A DNA stretch of 64,000 bases from positions 682,001 through 746,000 of the forward strand of contig OZ025660.1 in the NCBI GenBank assembly GCA_964019335.1, written 5' to 3'. This DNA comes from Diplonema japonicum. Lineage: Eukaryota > Protista > Euglenozoa: Diplonemea. This document shows, piece by piece, positions 9,353 to 21,886 of the stretch. Numbering within the stretch: position 1 is the first letter of the stretch; each line of letters begins with the position of its first letter. The notes beneath the pieces were generated by a model. That model was not told where the DNA came from. It ran no database searches and worked only from the letters and a program-made list of their open reading frames with translations. A program made the translations under genes and the position numbers.

Positions 9353-10188
9353 CACATTCAGAGAGAAGGAATAAAGGTAATAAAGAGAGGTAGTGAACTA
9401 TGCTTTTGCTGCTTGGGTAAGATGGAAGGAAGGGGGGGGTGGTAAAGGTCCCCTTCGCTTGTTGTTGGGGGAGGGAAAGGGAGGGGGGAAACCCAATAAA
9501 AAAAAAAAGAAGAAGAAAAAAAAGAGCGAGTGAACTGTGTTCGCTATTCACTACCACAGTCCACCCACATTCTTTACGGTCAGTCTTAACCTTCTTAACA
9601 AGATCTCGCCCCCCCCCAAAAAAAAAGAAATATAAAAATTTTTGGGCGTTAGGGCTAGTGTTGACAAGTCTCTTCCCCCCCCCCCTTTTTTTACTGCCTT
9701 TTAGTTTTTTTTTTTAATTCTTTCTTTTCTCCCATTTGACGTGTTGCGGTACCCCCCCCCCCCCCCCCCCCCACCCTTTAATGGACCAAAGTACCGTATT
9801 AAAAACAAACAAACAAAAATAGTTTTGGGTTTTGAGACCATTTCCCCCCAAATTTTGCTCAGAATGCACCAACCATTTCTATCAAAGGTCGTTAATGAGG
9901 CTTATTTCTATCCCCAATAAGAGGCATGAAACTCTACCAATTGGAAACACGGTTAGATCCAAAGGGGAAGGGGAAGGGGAGGGGGGTGAAGACATTTGAC
10001 GAAAAGAAAGTAATCATTTTTTTTTAAACCCTTAGAACTTACTCACCAATTGTCTGAAATCTTTTTTTTTTTTCCCTATCACTTTTTTTAATCTTTTTTA
10101 AAAGAAAAAGGGGGGGGGGGGACCGAATGGGGAGGGGGGAAAAAGGGAGGGGAGTTGAGGTGCTATAAAAAAGAAGAAAAAAAAAGAA

Positions 10189-10232
<44 letters not shown>

Positions 10233-10951
10233 CGGTTCTCCCGATTCGACAAAAGCAGGAAGCAAAAAGCAGCTCTCACCCTCCCTTCCCGTTTGCAAAA
10301 TATGGAGCACAAAAGAAAAAGTAAAAAAAAAAAAAAGAATGGAAAGAACAACAAAAAAAAGAGAGAAACCAAAGGTGGAATTCAACAAACAAAAGGACAC
10401 AAGAAGTTAGCCTCATTACTTCCTAAATGCGACAAGTGGAATGGAATACACGAAATTTGAGCTAAAAAAAGGGGGCATTTAAAAGTATATGTGACCTGTC
10501 ACTTCGGGCCAAGGGCACTAGGCCAACACCAAGGAAGAGGGCACATTTATAGACCTTTCTTAAGGTCAAACTTTATTTACTTATTAACTTCTTCTTTTTT
10601 TTGTTCCCCCTCTTTTTTTTCTTGGGCTGCCTGTTTGACCCATTGCTTTGGTGTCACGCATGTTAGAAAAAAAAATTGGGAAAGGAGCGGGAGAGGAAGG
10701 AAAAATTTTTGTGTAAGTGCAGATTTCCTCCCTCCCACCAGAGAAAAAAAAGGGGGGGGAAAGAAAGTTGGAACACGCAACAGGATTGGGAGGGGGGGAG
10801 GGGAGGGGGGATAAAGGGACAAGTTTATGAAGAATGAAAGGGAGGAGGGGGGGAAAATTTACAATATCCCCCCCCCCCCCCCCTCTCCCCCCTTCTCTCT
10901 TCTTATTTTTTTTCTTCTCCTTTTATGAATCTCGGTCTGCCTTCCAGCAAT

Positions 10952-10996
<45 letters not shown>

Positions 10997-11415
10997 CTTC
11001 CCAAAAGCACACGTCGTACAATAATAAGATTCTTTAGAGGGGGAAATGTAAGGAACAATACCACAAAAGGGGGCCCCCCTCCCTTATTTGTGTCAAACCC
11101 CGTTTGAAGGTTTGCATATCTTTAGAAAAATATCAAGTATCCCAATTCTTTTTTTCTTTGTGAAGAACTCGGTGCGGCCCAGCAGTAGTGGGAGGTGTCG
11201 CACACCAAGCCTCATTCCCCCCCCCAAAAAAAAATACTCGTACCTCCAAAAAAAAAAAAAAAAAAAAAAAAAACCCGTCCCACTAGACTAGGTAAAAGAA
11301 TAGGAATGGGGAAAAATAGGAAAAAAAAGAAAAAAAAAAAAAAAACTAGTATGGCGCTTCTTTTGTTTGTGCGCACGAGCAAAAAAAAAAGGGGGATAAT
11401 AATAATAAAAAAGGC

Positions 11416-11447
<32 letters not shown>

Positions 11448-11992
11448 ATAAACCCCCCCTTTTTTTTTCTTCTTTTTTTTTTTAATTTTTCTTTTCTTTC
11501 ATTCTCCCCACTGCAACGAATATCCACGACAAAAAAAATCATGTTTTGCCTTGGTCATGCGACACCAGGCAGGGACGACTCTTAGACCTCCTTGTGACAA
11601 GTCACTAGTATGGTTACACGGGCTTACGTGCATGGTTTACAAAGGGAGCTTTTCTTTTTTTCTTTTTCTTCTTCTTTTTTTTTCTTTGTTTTTGTTTAAC
11701 ACGGTGTGTGGAAGAAGGAGTGAAATCAAAAAAAAAGAAGGGGGATAGGTGAAGATTGGATGGGAGCAGTAAATAGATATCCCCCCCCCCCCCTTTCGAC
11801 TGGAACAAAAAAAAATCCTTCAGCCCGGCGCTATGAGGCATGAATATTTCTTTTTGTCAATTTGGGGTCTAAAGTCATCAGTGCGAAACCAATCCTGGCC
11901 TTCCAACTTTTCCTATAAAGAAAATAGATAAATATTTGAAAAAAAAAAAAAACGCAAAAAAAAAAAGAATGAGAAAACCTGAACAGCCGCCG

Positions 11993-12023
<31 letters not shown>

Positions 12024-12785
12024 TGCATATCACAAACTGCGGCATACGAAGAAAGAAGAAAGAAAAAAAAAATAGTACCTATTCAGAGGTTTTCTCAAAA
12101 GGAAGGCGGTGGTAGTTGTTACTTTACAATTTTTGTTTCGTTATTATTTTTTTTTTTTGAAAAAAAAAAATACATACAGGGCTTTTTTTTTTATTGGTGC
12201 GCGCTTTTTTTTTTTTTTTTTAAAGTTTCTTCCCTTCCCCTTTTTAGCGTTTTTTTAAACAAAAACAATTAATTGAACATCCCCCTACAAAAAAAAATAG
12301 GGACCTTGGGTCTTTCTTATCGTGAAAAATATGACCACCCCCAAAAAGAAAAATAGTGAAACGAAACCTTGCCACGGCACTGAAGTCTAGAATTTTTCAC
12401 TTGAATTTCTTGAAGTAATGACGATAAGGCCGAGAACTCGCTGTTTATTTTAAAAATTTAAATAACAAAAAAAATATCTACATGGTCGCGCTTTTCCAAA
12501 GAAAAAAAAAAATCCTCAAATATGCACGGGTAGCAAAGCCTGGACCGGCTTCTGACAATGCATAAATAGGGATTTTCTGCTTAGCAAACAGTTCGAGCTT
12601 TTGATAAAACGCGGCCATATTTTAAAAAAACATGACTTATGTGCTAAATAAAAATCTGGCTGATATTTTATTTAGTATGATATTTTATTTAATATTTGTT
12701 AGGTAAAGTTAAAATGAGGGGAATCCGAACACCAGGAAAACTGCAAAATAAGGCTATTTTTTTATTTTTCAAAAAACGTTACATG

Positions 12786-12840
12786 CCGTAGCTCAGTGGT
12801 TATGTCGTCGCACTCGGGAGCCGGTTCAAGTACTGAAAGC

Positions 12841-12881
<41 letters not shown>
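12786..12881 (+). other. tRNA-like Pol III A-box/B-box element followed by a T-run, inside imperfect inverted repeats
   Basis: TAGCTCAGTGG (12789-12799), GGTTCAAGTAC (12823-12833), long T-run; no complete cloverleaf. Confidence 0.4.
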
Positions 12882-12882
<1 letters not shown>

Positions 12883-12996
12883 GAAAATCAGGGTCAAAAA
12901 ATCGGAATTTCCCTCATGTAACTTCTGCGGAATTAAATAAAATATAAAAAATAAAAAATAAGAAATATATAAAAATAAAAAATAAATAAAGAGATG

Positions 12997-12998
<2 letters not shown>

Positions 12999-13052
<54 letters not shown>
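12999..13052. repeat. (GT)n(GC)n dinucleotide microsatellite
   Basis: Seen directly; another (GT)n lies at about 11417-11446. Confidence 0.95.
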
Positions 13053-13053
<1 letters not shown>

Positions 13054-13766
13054 GTTTGCTTTGTGTATAAGTTATATATATGGTTTCACTTAAGCAAACA
13101 AAAGTAGGACATCCTGCAAAGCCACCCCCCTTTTGTTTTCCATTCTTTTTTTTTTTTTTTTTTTCCATTCTTTTTTTTTTCTTTCTTTCCCCTTTCTTTG
13201 TTCAAACGGCAGTTGAGGGGGAAGAATGAGACCACTATAAAGCCCTTAAAAACAGAATTCAGCCAGACAGAAGAAGAAGAAAAAAGAAGCAAAATCTGTT
13301 TTGCCACGGGCAAAGATTAGGCCTTTCCCCCTTCCCCCTCTTTTACTCTATTTTCGTCCCCTTTTCGTGAATAGTCATTTTTTTAAAAGTCACGGGGGCG
13401 GGGACGAAGAAGAAAAGAGAGCGGGGAAAAAAAAAGATATGAAAAAAGGTGCATCATCGCTTTAACGTAAGGAATGGGGGGGGGGGGGGGGGGGGCAGAG
13501 AACTTATTTTGCTGTGTGTGTTTTTTTTTTCCCCCTTCTTTTTTTTTTCTTAACCAAACTGTATTGTCCTCCCCTTCTTTTCTCCTGGAGGGGAGGGATG
13601 GTGCTTGATTGGATCCAAAAAAAAAGGAAAAAAAAAACCCCTATTGCATACAGTTAAGGGGAGTGGCTGTAGGGTATAACACGAGGTGCTTACCCGCCTA
13701 TATGGTAGCAGCTAGATTTTTTATATTGAAAAAAAAAAAGTATCAAAAAAACTTACATTTTTCGGT

Positions 13767-13800
<34 letters not shown>

Positions 13801-15350
13801 CACATCGATTGAAATTGGGCTTGAGACTCCTCCCAAACTGAAAAAAAAAAACTTTTAAAAATTCAAAAAAAAAAAAAAACTCCCACCGGAAAAGTGTAGG
13901 TCTCATTTTTTTTTTTAAATTATATGCATGCACACCAACTCTTATCTTTTTAAGTGAACGTAGATCCCCCCCGTTTTTTTTTGCCCTGTTAAAATTCTTG
14001 TTGTGTAACCCCTAACGACCTCCGGTCTGAACACTTTTAAAAGATGAAAAGGATTGCTTGACACGGCCTTAAAAACGTTTAATTCTTGATTTTTTCTATT
14101 TTTTTTTTTTTACAATTCTTCTCACAATGTACAAAAGCCTGCCGACATTTTGGAGCTCAAAAATGCACTTTTTCGACAGGTCTCGGGCGCTTTGAAGCCC
14201 TCAGAATCCAAAGAAACATGCATTTTCGACACAATAGGTTTTACATTGTGTTTTTTGTTTTCTTCTTCTCTCCCCCCCCCCCCCCCCCCCCCCTTGCTTT
14301 CTCGCACTTCTTTGCTCGAGCGAGGAAATCAAAAAAAATCAAGAATTAAACACCCATTTTGACCATTTTTTTTTTTTTTTTTTACTACAGCGAGCTAAAT
14401 TGGAAGAAAAAAAAGAAGGAAAGGGGGGGGGGGGGGGGGGAGAATGGAATAAAAAAAGAAAAAGAGCGAATTTACTTTCCCCTCTATTACTTAGGATCCC
14501 ACCCAGTACACTCATGGCATGCCTAACCCTGGAGAGAGGGGCCAGGAGTGGCAAGTAAAAAAAGATTTTTGCTCGTATTTCCTGGTTCATCCCCCCCCCC
14601 ACCCCCCCCCCCCCCCTCGTCACAAAAAAAAAAGAATAAAAAAAAAGAACAGCACACCACACTGTGGTATTTCAAACCCATAAAGGACCGCGGCTTTTTG
14701 CCAAAAAAAAAGGGGGAGGGCAATCAAAGGCTAACTTTGGGGGTGTTCATCCCGATCGCTACAAAGTGTCTTAAGGTCTCACAGAAGAGTGACAAGGCTC
14801 ATTCCCTCCCACAAAAATTTTTTAAATTTTTTTGACTGATTTATCAGTCCCCGGTCCTTTATGGGATTAAAAAAAGAAAAAAGAAATTGTGGATTTTTTT
14901 CCCACCCCCCCTTTTTTCTTTCAAAAAAATTTCTTTTTGTCAAAACAAAGAGAAGCCCTCTGAATAACCTTCTTCCTTTATACTAAAAAGGAAGGAGAGA
15001 GGAAGAGAGAAGTGGAGTGGGGGGGAGAAAAAAAAAGAAAGAACAAAAATAAAAAACCTTGTTAACCCCCCCACCTACCCTTTTTTTTTTTTTTTTTTTT
15101 CCCCCGTTTCCTTTTGTTTTTCCTCGATTTTTTTTTTTTTTTGGTTTCGTGTTTATTTTTATTTTTTTTTCCATGCAAAAATCGACGTAAACACACGTGT
15201 TGGGGAGGGGGGAGGGGAGGGGGCAGAGAGAACAGAGAAGCTATTTTTTCTTCTCGTTTTTTTTTTTTTTTTTTTTTTTTTTTTCGTTTCCTCTTAAATT
15301 TCAGGACTTGCAACATAAAAAAATTGAAAAAGCAAAGTGTCTGTCGGGCC

Positions 15351-15410
<60 letters not shown>

Positions 15411-15868
15411 CTTCCCCCATCCCTTTTTCTTCTGACGCCTGTTTTCAGTTTCTTTTTTTCTTCACCCTTTCTTGATATTGGCGGAGGTACTTTACGACGT
15501 TGCTCTTCTTCTTTCTTATTATTCTTTTTTTCTTAAAAAAAAAAAGTTTTTTTCTTTCCCCCACCACCTGTGATGCATCCTTGCAAAACGTGTGGTGGAT
15601 GCATGAGGGGGGAAGAAGAAAACGAAAGAAAGAGAAAAAATAAAATATGGGTTAATACTGCAGCCGCGAAGGCTGGTTTTGGTGTTCTGCTTTTATTTTT
15701 ATTTTTATTTTTAAAATTCCCGCAGCGAGAAGAGTAGGAAAAAGTTAAGAGTGTAGCAGTATATTTAAAAGGTAGAACAAAGTAGCGAGGGGAAAAAAAG
15801 TTTTCTCTCTCTTTGTTCCCCCCTCTCTTTGTCTTTTGACAAAAATCAGCTTTCCCACATCCTCTCAA

Positions 15869-15900
<32 letters not shown>

Positions 15901-17177
15901 CCGTGTTTTTTTTTTTTTTTTTTTTTTTCGCATCATTTTTTTTTAACCAATCAGAAAGGGAGAGAGGGAGACAGAAACCAAAAAAAAAAAAAAGAAAAAA
16001 AAGGAAATGTGAAAAAGAATAATAAACTTAAACAACAAAAAGAAGAAAAAAAACTGAAAAATGCCCATAAGTTTAAGTGCATATAACAAAGCCACTAGAA
16101 AAAAGTTGGGGTAACCTCTGAGCAACTAATATTTTTTTTTGAGTTTTCTTTTTTTCGTCCCCTTCCCCTCCCTTCAGTTTTCGTTCTTTACGTCTCCCCC
16201 AAGGTGTGTACTCCTAATTTCTCCCTCTTTCAACACAACATGGCTTGCTGAAATCTACTGAGAATTTTCATCGCCCCCCCCCCTTTTTTTTTCCCCTTCA
16301 CAACGGCATGTTAAACCACACATTCACAATAGTTTTTTTTTCTTTTGAATTTTGTTGGGGGGGGTATTTTTTTGTCCCCCCCCCCTGCTCTCTTTTTCCC
16401 GTCCAGTGCATTCAAGAAAAAGAGAAAAAAAAAAAAAAAAACGAAGAAAAGCAGCAGAGCTGCTCGAAGGCCTTCTTTTCTCTCTTTTTCTTTTTTTCCG
16501 GCTTTCTGAAGTGAACTACTAACTCACTCGTCAAAAAAAAAAAAAAAAAAAAAGGTGTCATATGAGTAGTTCGTTGTCTCATGGACCACCCAAAAGAAGA
16601 AAAATACCAAGGAAATATAAATAAGAGGGAGGGAAGTAAATGAAGGGGGGGGGTTGTTTTTTTAGAATGCACGCCATGGGGTATAAAATACATGTGTGTT
16701 TTCAAAAGAAAAAGATCACTGAACAAAATACAAAAAAAGAGGGGAGGGAAAAAAAGAAGAGAAAAGGAGGGGGGGGGGGGATGGTGTGTGTTGGATACAG
16801 GGAGGAGAGGAGAGATGATGAACAGAAGGAAAAAAAAAACAAGAAGCTTTTTTTTTTTTCCCCCTCCATCGGAGTAAAAAAAAAAAAATAATCCACCCCC
16901 TCTTGCTTTTTTCCCCCCTTCTTTTTTTTTTTCATCTTTTTTTCTTTTTTGAAAAGTTTCATTCTTTAACCACTAAACCCACATGTCATAGTGGTTTAAA
17001 AAAAAAGTATCCTTCCTTACCATCCCACCCCCCCTTTTTTTTCTTTTTCATTCATGTGTGTTCTTTTTTTTAATTTTTTATTTATTTTTTTCTTTCATAA
17101 GCCCATAGTTGCGTGTCAATTGTTTTTCTTCAAGGTTCTTTATTATTATTATTTTTTTTTTTTTTTTTCCAACCCTG

Positions 17178-17931
17178 TCATCCCTCCACGGGGGTAGGGG
17201 CCTGGGTTGGGGGGACTGAGTGGCTACGGGGACGGTTGGTGGAGCATTCATTGCTGTATTTTTTTTTTTTTTTTTTTTTTTTAAATTCCTCCTCACACCT
17301 AGAAGCGCTTGACGCTGCTGACCTGCTCCTGGCCGACGCCATCAGTGAGGACTCCAAGGGCCTGCCACGAACGTCTCCGTTTTCTGGCTCCTGCTCCTGC
17401 TCTTGAGGAATGAACAGGCAAGGTGTTTGGGGCGTGAAGGGGGCCGCATGCTCATTCAACTTGAACACATTATTTGCCGACGAACACGAAGACAGCGAAG
17501 CAGACGAAGAGGTAGGAGTGTAGGTGGGGCTAGGCATGTAGTAAGGGTTGTGCAGGGTATGGGTGGGTGGGGTCGTCTCTGCTTGCTGCTGCTGCTGCTT
17601 CTGCATCATACTTTTGTTGATGCTCCACCTTTTTTTTTTGAACAAAAAAAAAAATCCATACCCACGGGAGACGACCTCTACCTCATCCTCCCTCTCGTGC
17701 TTGTAGTTCATTTTGGTGTGCACTCTTCCGTACACATCGTAGCCTGGGGTGAAAAATGGGGGGGGGGGGGGGGGAAAGAATTGTGAACATACCACAAGGC
17801 ACCAACCCCGGTCGTACTAACGGAGCCGGTTGCCTCGGCTGCTGTCTCGGCTGCTGCCTCTGGAACTCCAACAACAACGGAGAAGGGGTCGCCTGCGAGG
17901 GCATACCAATAACTCTTCCAACAACAGCCAT
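17178..17931 (-). CDS. Low-complexity Q/S/P-rich protein with HNPY and PAM2-like motifs; introns 17744-17792, 17629-17661, 17254-17298
   Basis: The 49-nt intron joins two ORFs (VPCG|YDVY). Contains TLHNPYYM and FKLNEHAAPFTP. The two downstream introns are in-frame and inferred from GT..AG ends plus homopolymer content. Confidence 0.7.
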
Positions 17932-18212
17932 TTTTTTTTTCTTTTTTTTTTTCGTTCTTTGGGGGGGTTTTTTTTCTTCTTTTTTTTTCTTGGTGAGTCA
18001 GCGTGAACGACAAAAAGAAAAGAGAAAAAAGTTTGCATATTGGTAGCGTTTTTTCAAAAAGTTAGTTTTTCAAAAAGAAAAAAAAAAAAAAGAAAAAAAA
18101 AGAGGAACTGGCCGTTGTTTGTACGTGCCGGGTAAAACCTGGAGAAGTTTGTCAACCCGAAACACGTTGCCAACGTTCCCCTTTTGTTTAGACAAGTCAA
18201 AGACTCGTTCTT

Positions 18213-18250
<38 letters not shown>

Positions 18251-18435
18251 GCCCCCAGTAAAATTACTCTTCTTCGCTTGCGACTTTATATTCTTTTTCT
18301 TTTTCGGCGTTTCCCGCCAGTTAACTTAAGAGCTTTAAGTGCTTTTACACAAAATAGGGGTGGGGAGGGGTAAAGAACAACGAAAATCTTAATACGTGAA
18401 CAGGAAAATCACTACAAATTGAGGTCACATGCAAT

Positions 18436-18482
<47 letters not shown>

Positions 18483-18557
18483 AACACACGCAAATCATAT
18501 GGAACAACGGGGTGTTTTCTCCCCCCTCTCCTTTGTGTAAAAAAATTAAAAAAAAAC

Positions 18558-19994
18558 CTACTTCAGGAACTCTGCCACTGTACGGTCCATGATAGCTCTG
18601 GCAAGGTCATAGGTCGCCTCAAAATCCGAAGGATCGCTTTTAAGCTTTGCAAGAAGCTCGATCTCACGGGTACGGGTTTGGGGAATGCACGAAGGGTCTT
18701 TTGAGTAGGTCCTGAGGAGGTCGCGGGCCATCTTCTGCATGAGGACACGCGAGTCGCCTTCTGCGAACTTGCAGCAAGTAAGGAAATCTGCCTGCTCGAA
18801 GCCCGACCCCCACATCAGGGCGTAGGACCCCACCTCGTTCTTCAGCTTGTGCACCATGTCAATGGACTCCTCCACTGCCACGACCTTGGCCACCGCAATG
18901 GCCTCCACAAGGCGCAGCGGCGGCGGCTTGTTGGCCTTGAGACACGCGCACAGTTCCGACTCGCACTTCGTCATGAAGGCGTCCAGCTTTTGCATCTTCG
19001 TTTCATTGTCGCAGAACAGCGCCCTTAGCTGTGGGATACTTGCCAGTGGGATATCCCCCTTTGGCGACCAGCATGCCTTGCTCTCTGCAAAATTCTTCGT
19101 CTTTTCAAATAGCGATCTGCGGAACTCCAGAGCAGCCTGCGCAACGGCAACACGCCCTGTGAAGAGGCGCTGCCCTATCATGTGGAACACAGGTATCCCC
19201 TTTATCTTCAGGACGTACTCCCCGTCCTCGATGTCTGCGTACCTATTCAGCAGCGCCTCGCGTGGCACCTTCACACCGTCGAAGCCTATCCACGCGTTGT
19301 CTAGGTCGTTGCCGACCGTCTTGCGCCCCATGTCACCATGCACTACCCCAGACACCACCTCACCGTTCTCGCGCAGGTTGATGAAGAAGCCGTGCGGGCC
19401 GTGGGACTTGCCGTTGATGCGGAGGTCGGCCACCACAACAGTCTTGTCGGCGACAAGCCCCTGCGAGATCCAGTTCTTCGTCGCGCCTGACGTCGGCGAG
19501 TTCAAGGTGAAGGTCTGCGTGGCCTCGTCCCAGTCGGCAGTCGTGTTGACCACAAGCCCCGACGACACGCCAGCGAGCTTCTCCGTGAGCGAGAAGCACC
19601 CAAGCAGCCCATCCTTCTGCACCTCAACTAATGAGCGCACTTGCTCGTCACTGCCGATTGCCATCACGGTGCCCATGCACAAGTTATAATGCACAGTAAA
19701 CCTGATCCAAAAGCCTGGGCCCAGGGTGGCAGCATGTGCTGCCAGCAGCCTGTGTGCCAAGAAGAACCGCTCTGGCTTGTCATGGATGTCCGCGTGCTTC
19801 AATAGCTGCGTCTTCAGCAGCTGGCGCATTCTCTCGGCGCTCTCTTGGTAACTAATAGTCTCCACGTCCATGGCCGCAAGGTCCACTGTGGCAGCCTTGA
19901 ACATGCCCCCCCACTCGTCCAGCCCCATCGCATCAAGGTGCGGCGTGCTGCACCACCTGGCGCCAGTCAGCCCTCTGAACCCCCTGCGAAGCAT
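18558..19994 (-). CDS. Acyl-CoA oxidase/dehydrogenase family flavoprotein with an N-terminal mitochondrial-type presequence
   Basis: GCFSLTEKLAG, KNWISQG, GNDLDNAWIGFD and KFAEGDSRVL motifs; starts MLRRGFRG. Confidence 0.88.
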   Translation of the reverse strand: MLRRGFRGLTGARWCSTPHLDAMGLDEWGGMFKAATVDLAAMDVETISYQESAERMRQLLKTQLLKHADIHDKPERFFLAHRLLAAHAATLGPGFWIRFTVHYNLCMGTVMAIGSDEQVRSLVEVQKDGLLGCFSLTEKLAGVSSGLVVNTTADWDEATQTFTLNSPTSGATKNWISQGLVADKTVVVADLRINGKSHGPHGFFINLRENGEVVSGVVHGDMGRKTVGNDLDNAWIGFDGVKVPREALLNRYADIEDGEYVLKIKGIPVFHMIGQRLFTGRVAVAQAALEFRRSLFEKTKNFAESKACWSPKGDIPLASIPQLRALFCDNETKMQKLDAFMTKCESELCACLKANKPPPLRLVEAIAVAKVVAVEESIDMVHKLKNEVGSYALMWGSGFEQADFLTCCKFAEGDSRVLMQKMARDLLRTYSKDPSCIPQTRTREIELLAKLKSDPSDFEATYDLARAIMDRTVAEFLK

Positions 19995-20093
19995 GTTGTT
20001 TTCTTATTTCTGAGGTAAATAAAGATATGCACAAAGATGCGTGGGTAAGCAAGGGAAAGTTGGGTAAGGTAAGGGTGGTACATGTACATCATC

Positions 20094-21886
20094 TCATGCC
20101 TGCATGGCATGTTCATCGCCACCGTCTGTGATGGTGTGGTTATCTTCGTTACTGCGGAGCTCGTCGTCTCCGGGTGAAAGGCCGAGGTGTCCCTCCACCT
20201 GTTCCAGCCGGTGGTAGAGGAGCGCGAGTCCCTCGTGCATGAGGCTTGGGGTGCTGTACTGTTCGTGCTCAGCGTCCCTGAGGTTTGTTTTTGTGTTTGT
20301 GTTCGGAGGAGCCCACGTCCGGGGAGGACGGGGGGGTGTCACTGAGCGTCCACGCTGCTTGACCCTTGCCGGGCTGTGCCGAGTGCCTGTGGTGACTGTC
20401 TTGCTCCTGTGCGATGTGCTCTGCGCGTGCGCGGTTTCCATCCGCGGTTGCATGACAGATGCGGGCGGCGGGCCGTGTGTGACTGGCGAGAAGGTGCACT
20501 CCCGCATGTCGTCCTCGCCCTCGCCGTAGATACGCATTGCCCTCTTGGGTGTCTCGTACTCAGGACGCCGCTTCTTGTTTCTGTGTTGTGTAAGTTTCTT
20601 ATTCAACCCACATACAAGAACAGCCTGCGCCACGGGTCCTCTTCGCAGAACACCTTGTTCTTGCCTCTCAGCATGGCTTCTCCATGTAGAAAGTCGTCTT
20701 TTGCAGCCTCCTTCTTTTCCTGCAGCTCCTTTGCCTTCTCCATCAGCCCTTTGAAGGTGTCGGGTGTCCGCTTCACCTTGTGCGAGATCATGAGCGCCGA
20801 TTCCTCGTTGGCGTACTTTGTGATGACGGCAGCGCGTTTCTGCTGCGACTCGGACACCTTTGCGTACAGCTCGTGGCTCTTGGCTATGCCCTTGGCGCAA
20901 GGTTTGCTTTGTTTGGGTTTGGGTCGTGTAGCGAGTCTGTTTCTGCGTATCTTGCTGGAGCCTTTTTCTGTCCATTCCTTGAAGTGGGCCATGCACGACT
21001 CGGGGGTTGTTGCAGCGATGTGGTTCTCATTGGTACGGGGCTTGAACGTGCACTCCGACAGGTCTTCAAGAGGAGGCTCGCGGGTAGGCGACAAACTACC
21101 ACCGCGAGCACGAGGGGGCGTCCGTGCAGCAGCCTTCTTCTTACTCCTGAGGATGGAAGACTCCTTGAGCGCATTCCGCCAGTCTTCCGGCGACCCACGA
21201 ACACGGAGTACCTGAAAGCGCAGCTGCACGCATGGCATCACATGGTCCAGTTTGATCCACTCAGTAGATGCCATCCTGTCGAGCTTTAAGGGACCAACGG
21301 TTGTCTGCTCGTGCGCCACACGCCAGACAGGGTCGGATGGGTCCTCTGTCGTGTGTATGATCCACAGGACGGGGTCCTTTGAGGGGTCGCAGTATGCAGT
21401 TTTCAACCGGAAGTCGGTCAGCAAAACAGGTTCCGTGAAGGTAACCATGAGGGGGGCGCATTTGAAGTCGCACCACCGTGTGTTGGCTATCCCGTCTGAG
21501 AGGTTCTCGGGACCCTCAAAGGGTTTCGTTTCCCCACCAGGGTTAGCCATGGCGTACTGCATTGCTGGGATTGCTTCCGCGGCATTTCTGAACTCGATGT
21601 TGCATAAGGACACTCCGGGCTTTCCTATTGGGGTCCAGTTTCGTAATGTCCTGTCAGCAAGACGCCTGGTGGGTTTCTTGGCAGGACTTTCGGACAGCGT
21701 GTGCCTAGTTCTCTGCTTCTCCCTCTCTCGCTGTTTTCGCCATCGCCGGAAGCCGGAGCTCCCGCTGCTGGTGCTGCTTGTGAGGGTGCTGTCGCTGTCA
21801 GTTGTGTACGTAGACTCATTGCTACTCTCGTACTCCGTGTACCCCTTCGACACACTGTGTGGGCGGGTTGACGGTACTCTTGACAT
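20094..21886 (-). CDS. Hypothetical protein (galactose-binding-like beta-domain plus ECTFxP repeats); intron 20581-20615
   Basis: The 35-nt GTATGT..ACACAG intron joins RRLFL|NKKRRPEY. Motifs ENLSDG...TRWCD...FRLKTA..DP.KDP..W and ECTFKP/ECTFSP. Confidence 0.75.

Noticed and set aside
12786-12843. Functional tRNA gene
   Set aside because: A-B spacing is too short and there is no acceptor or anticodon stem.
8979-17100. Poly-F/K/G/P ORFs
   Set aside because: Translations of homopolymer runs.
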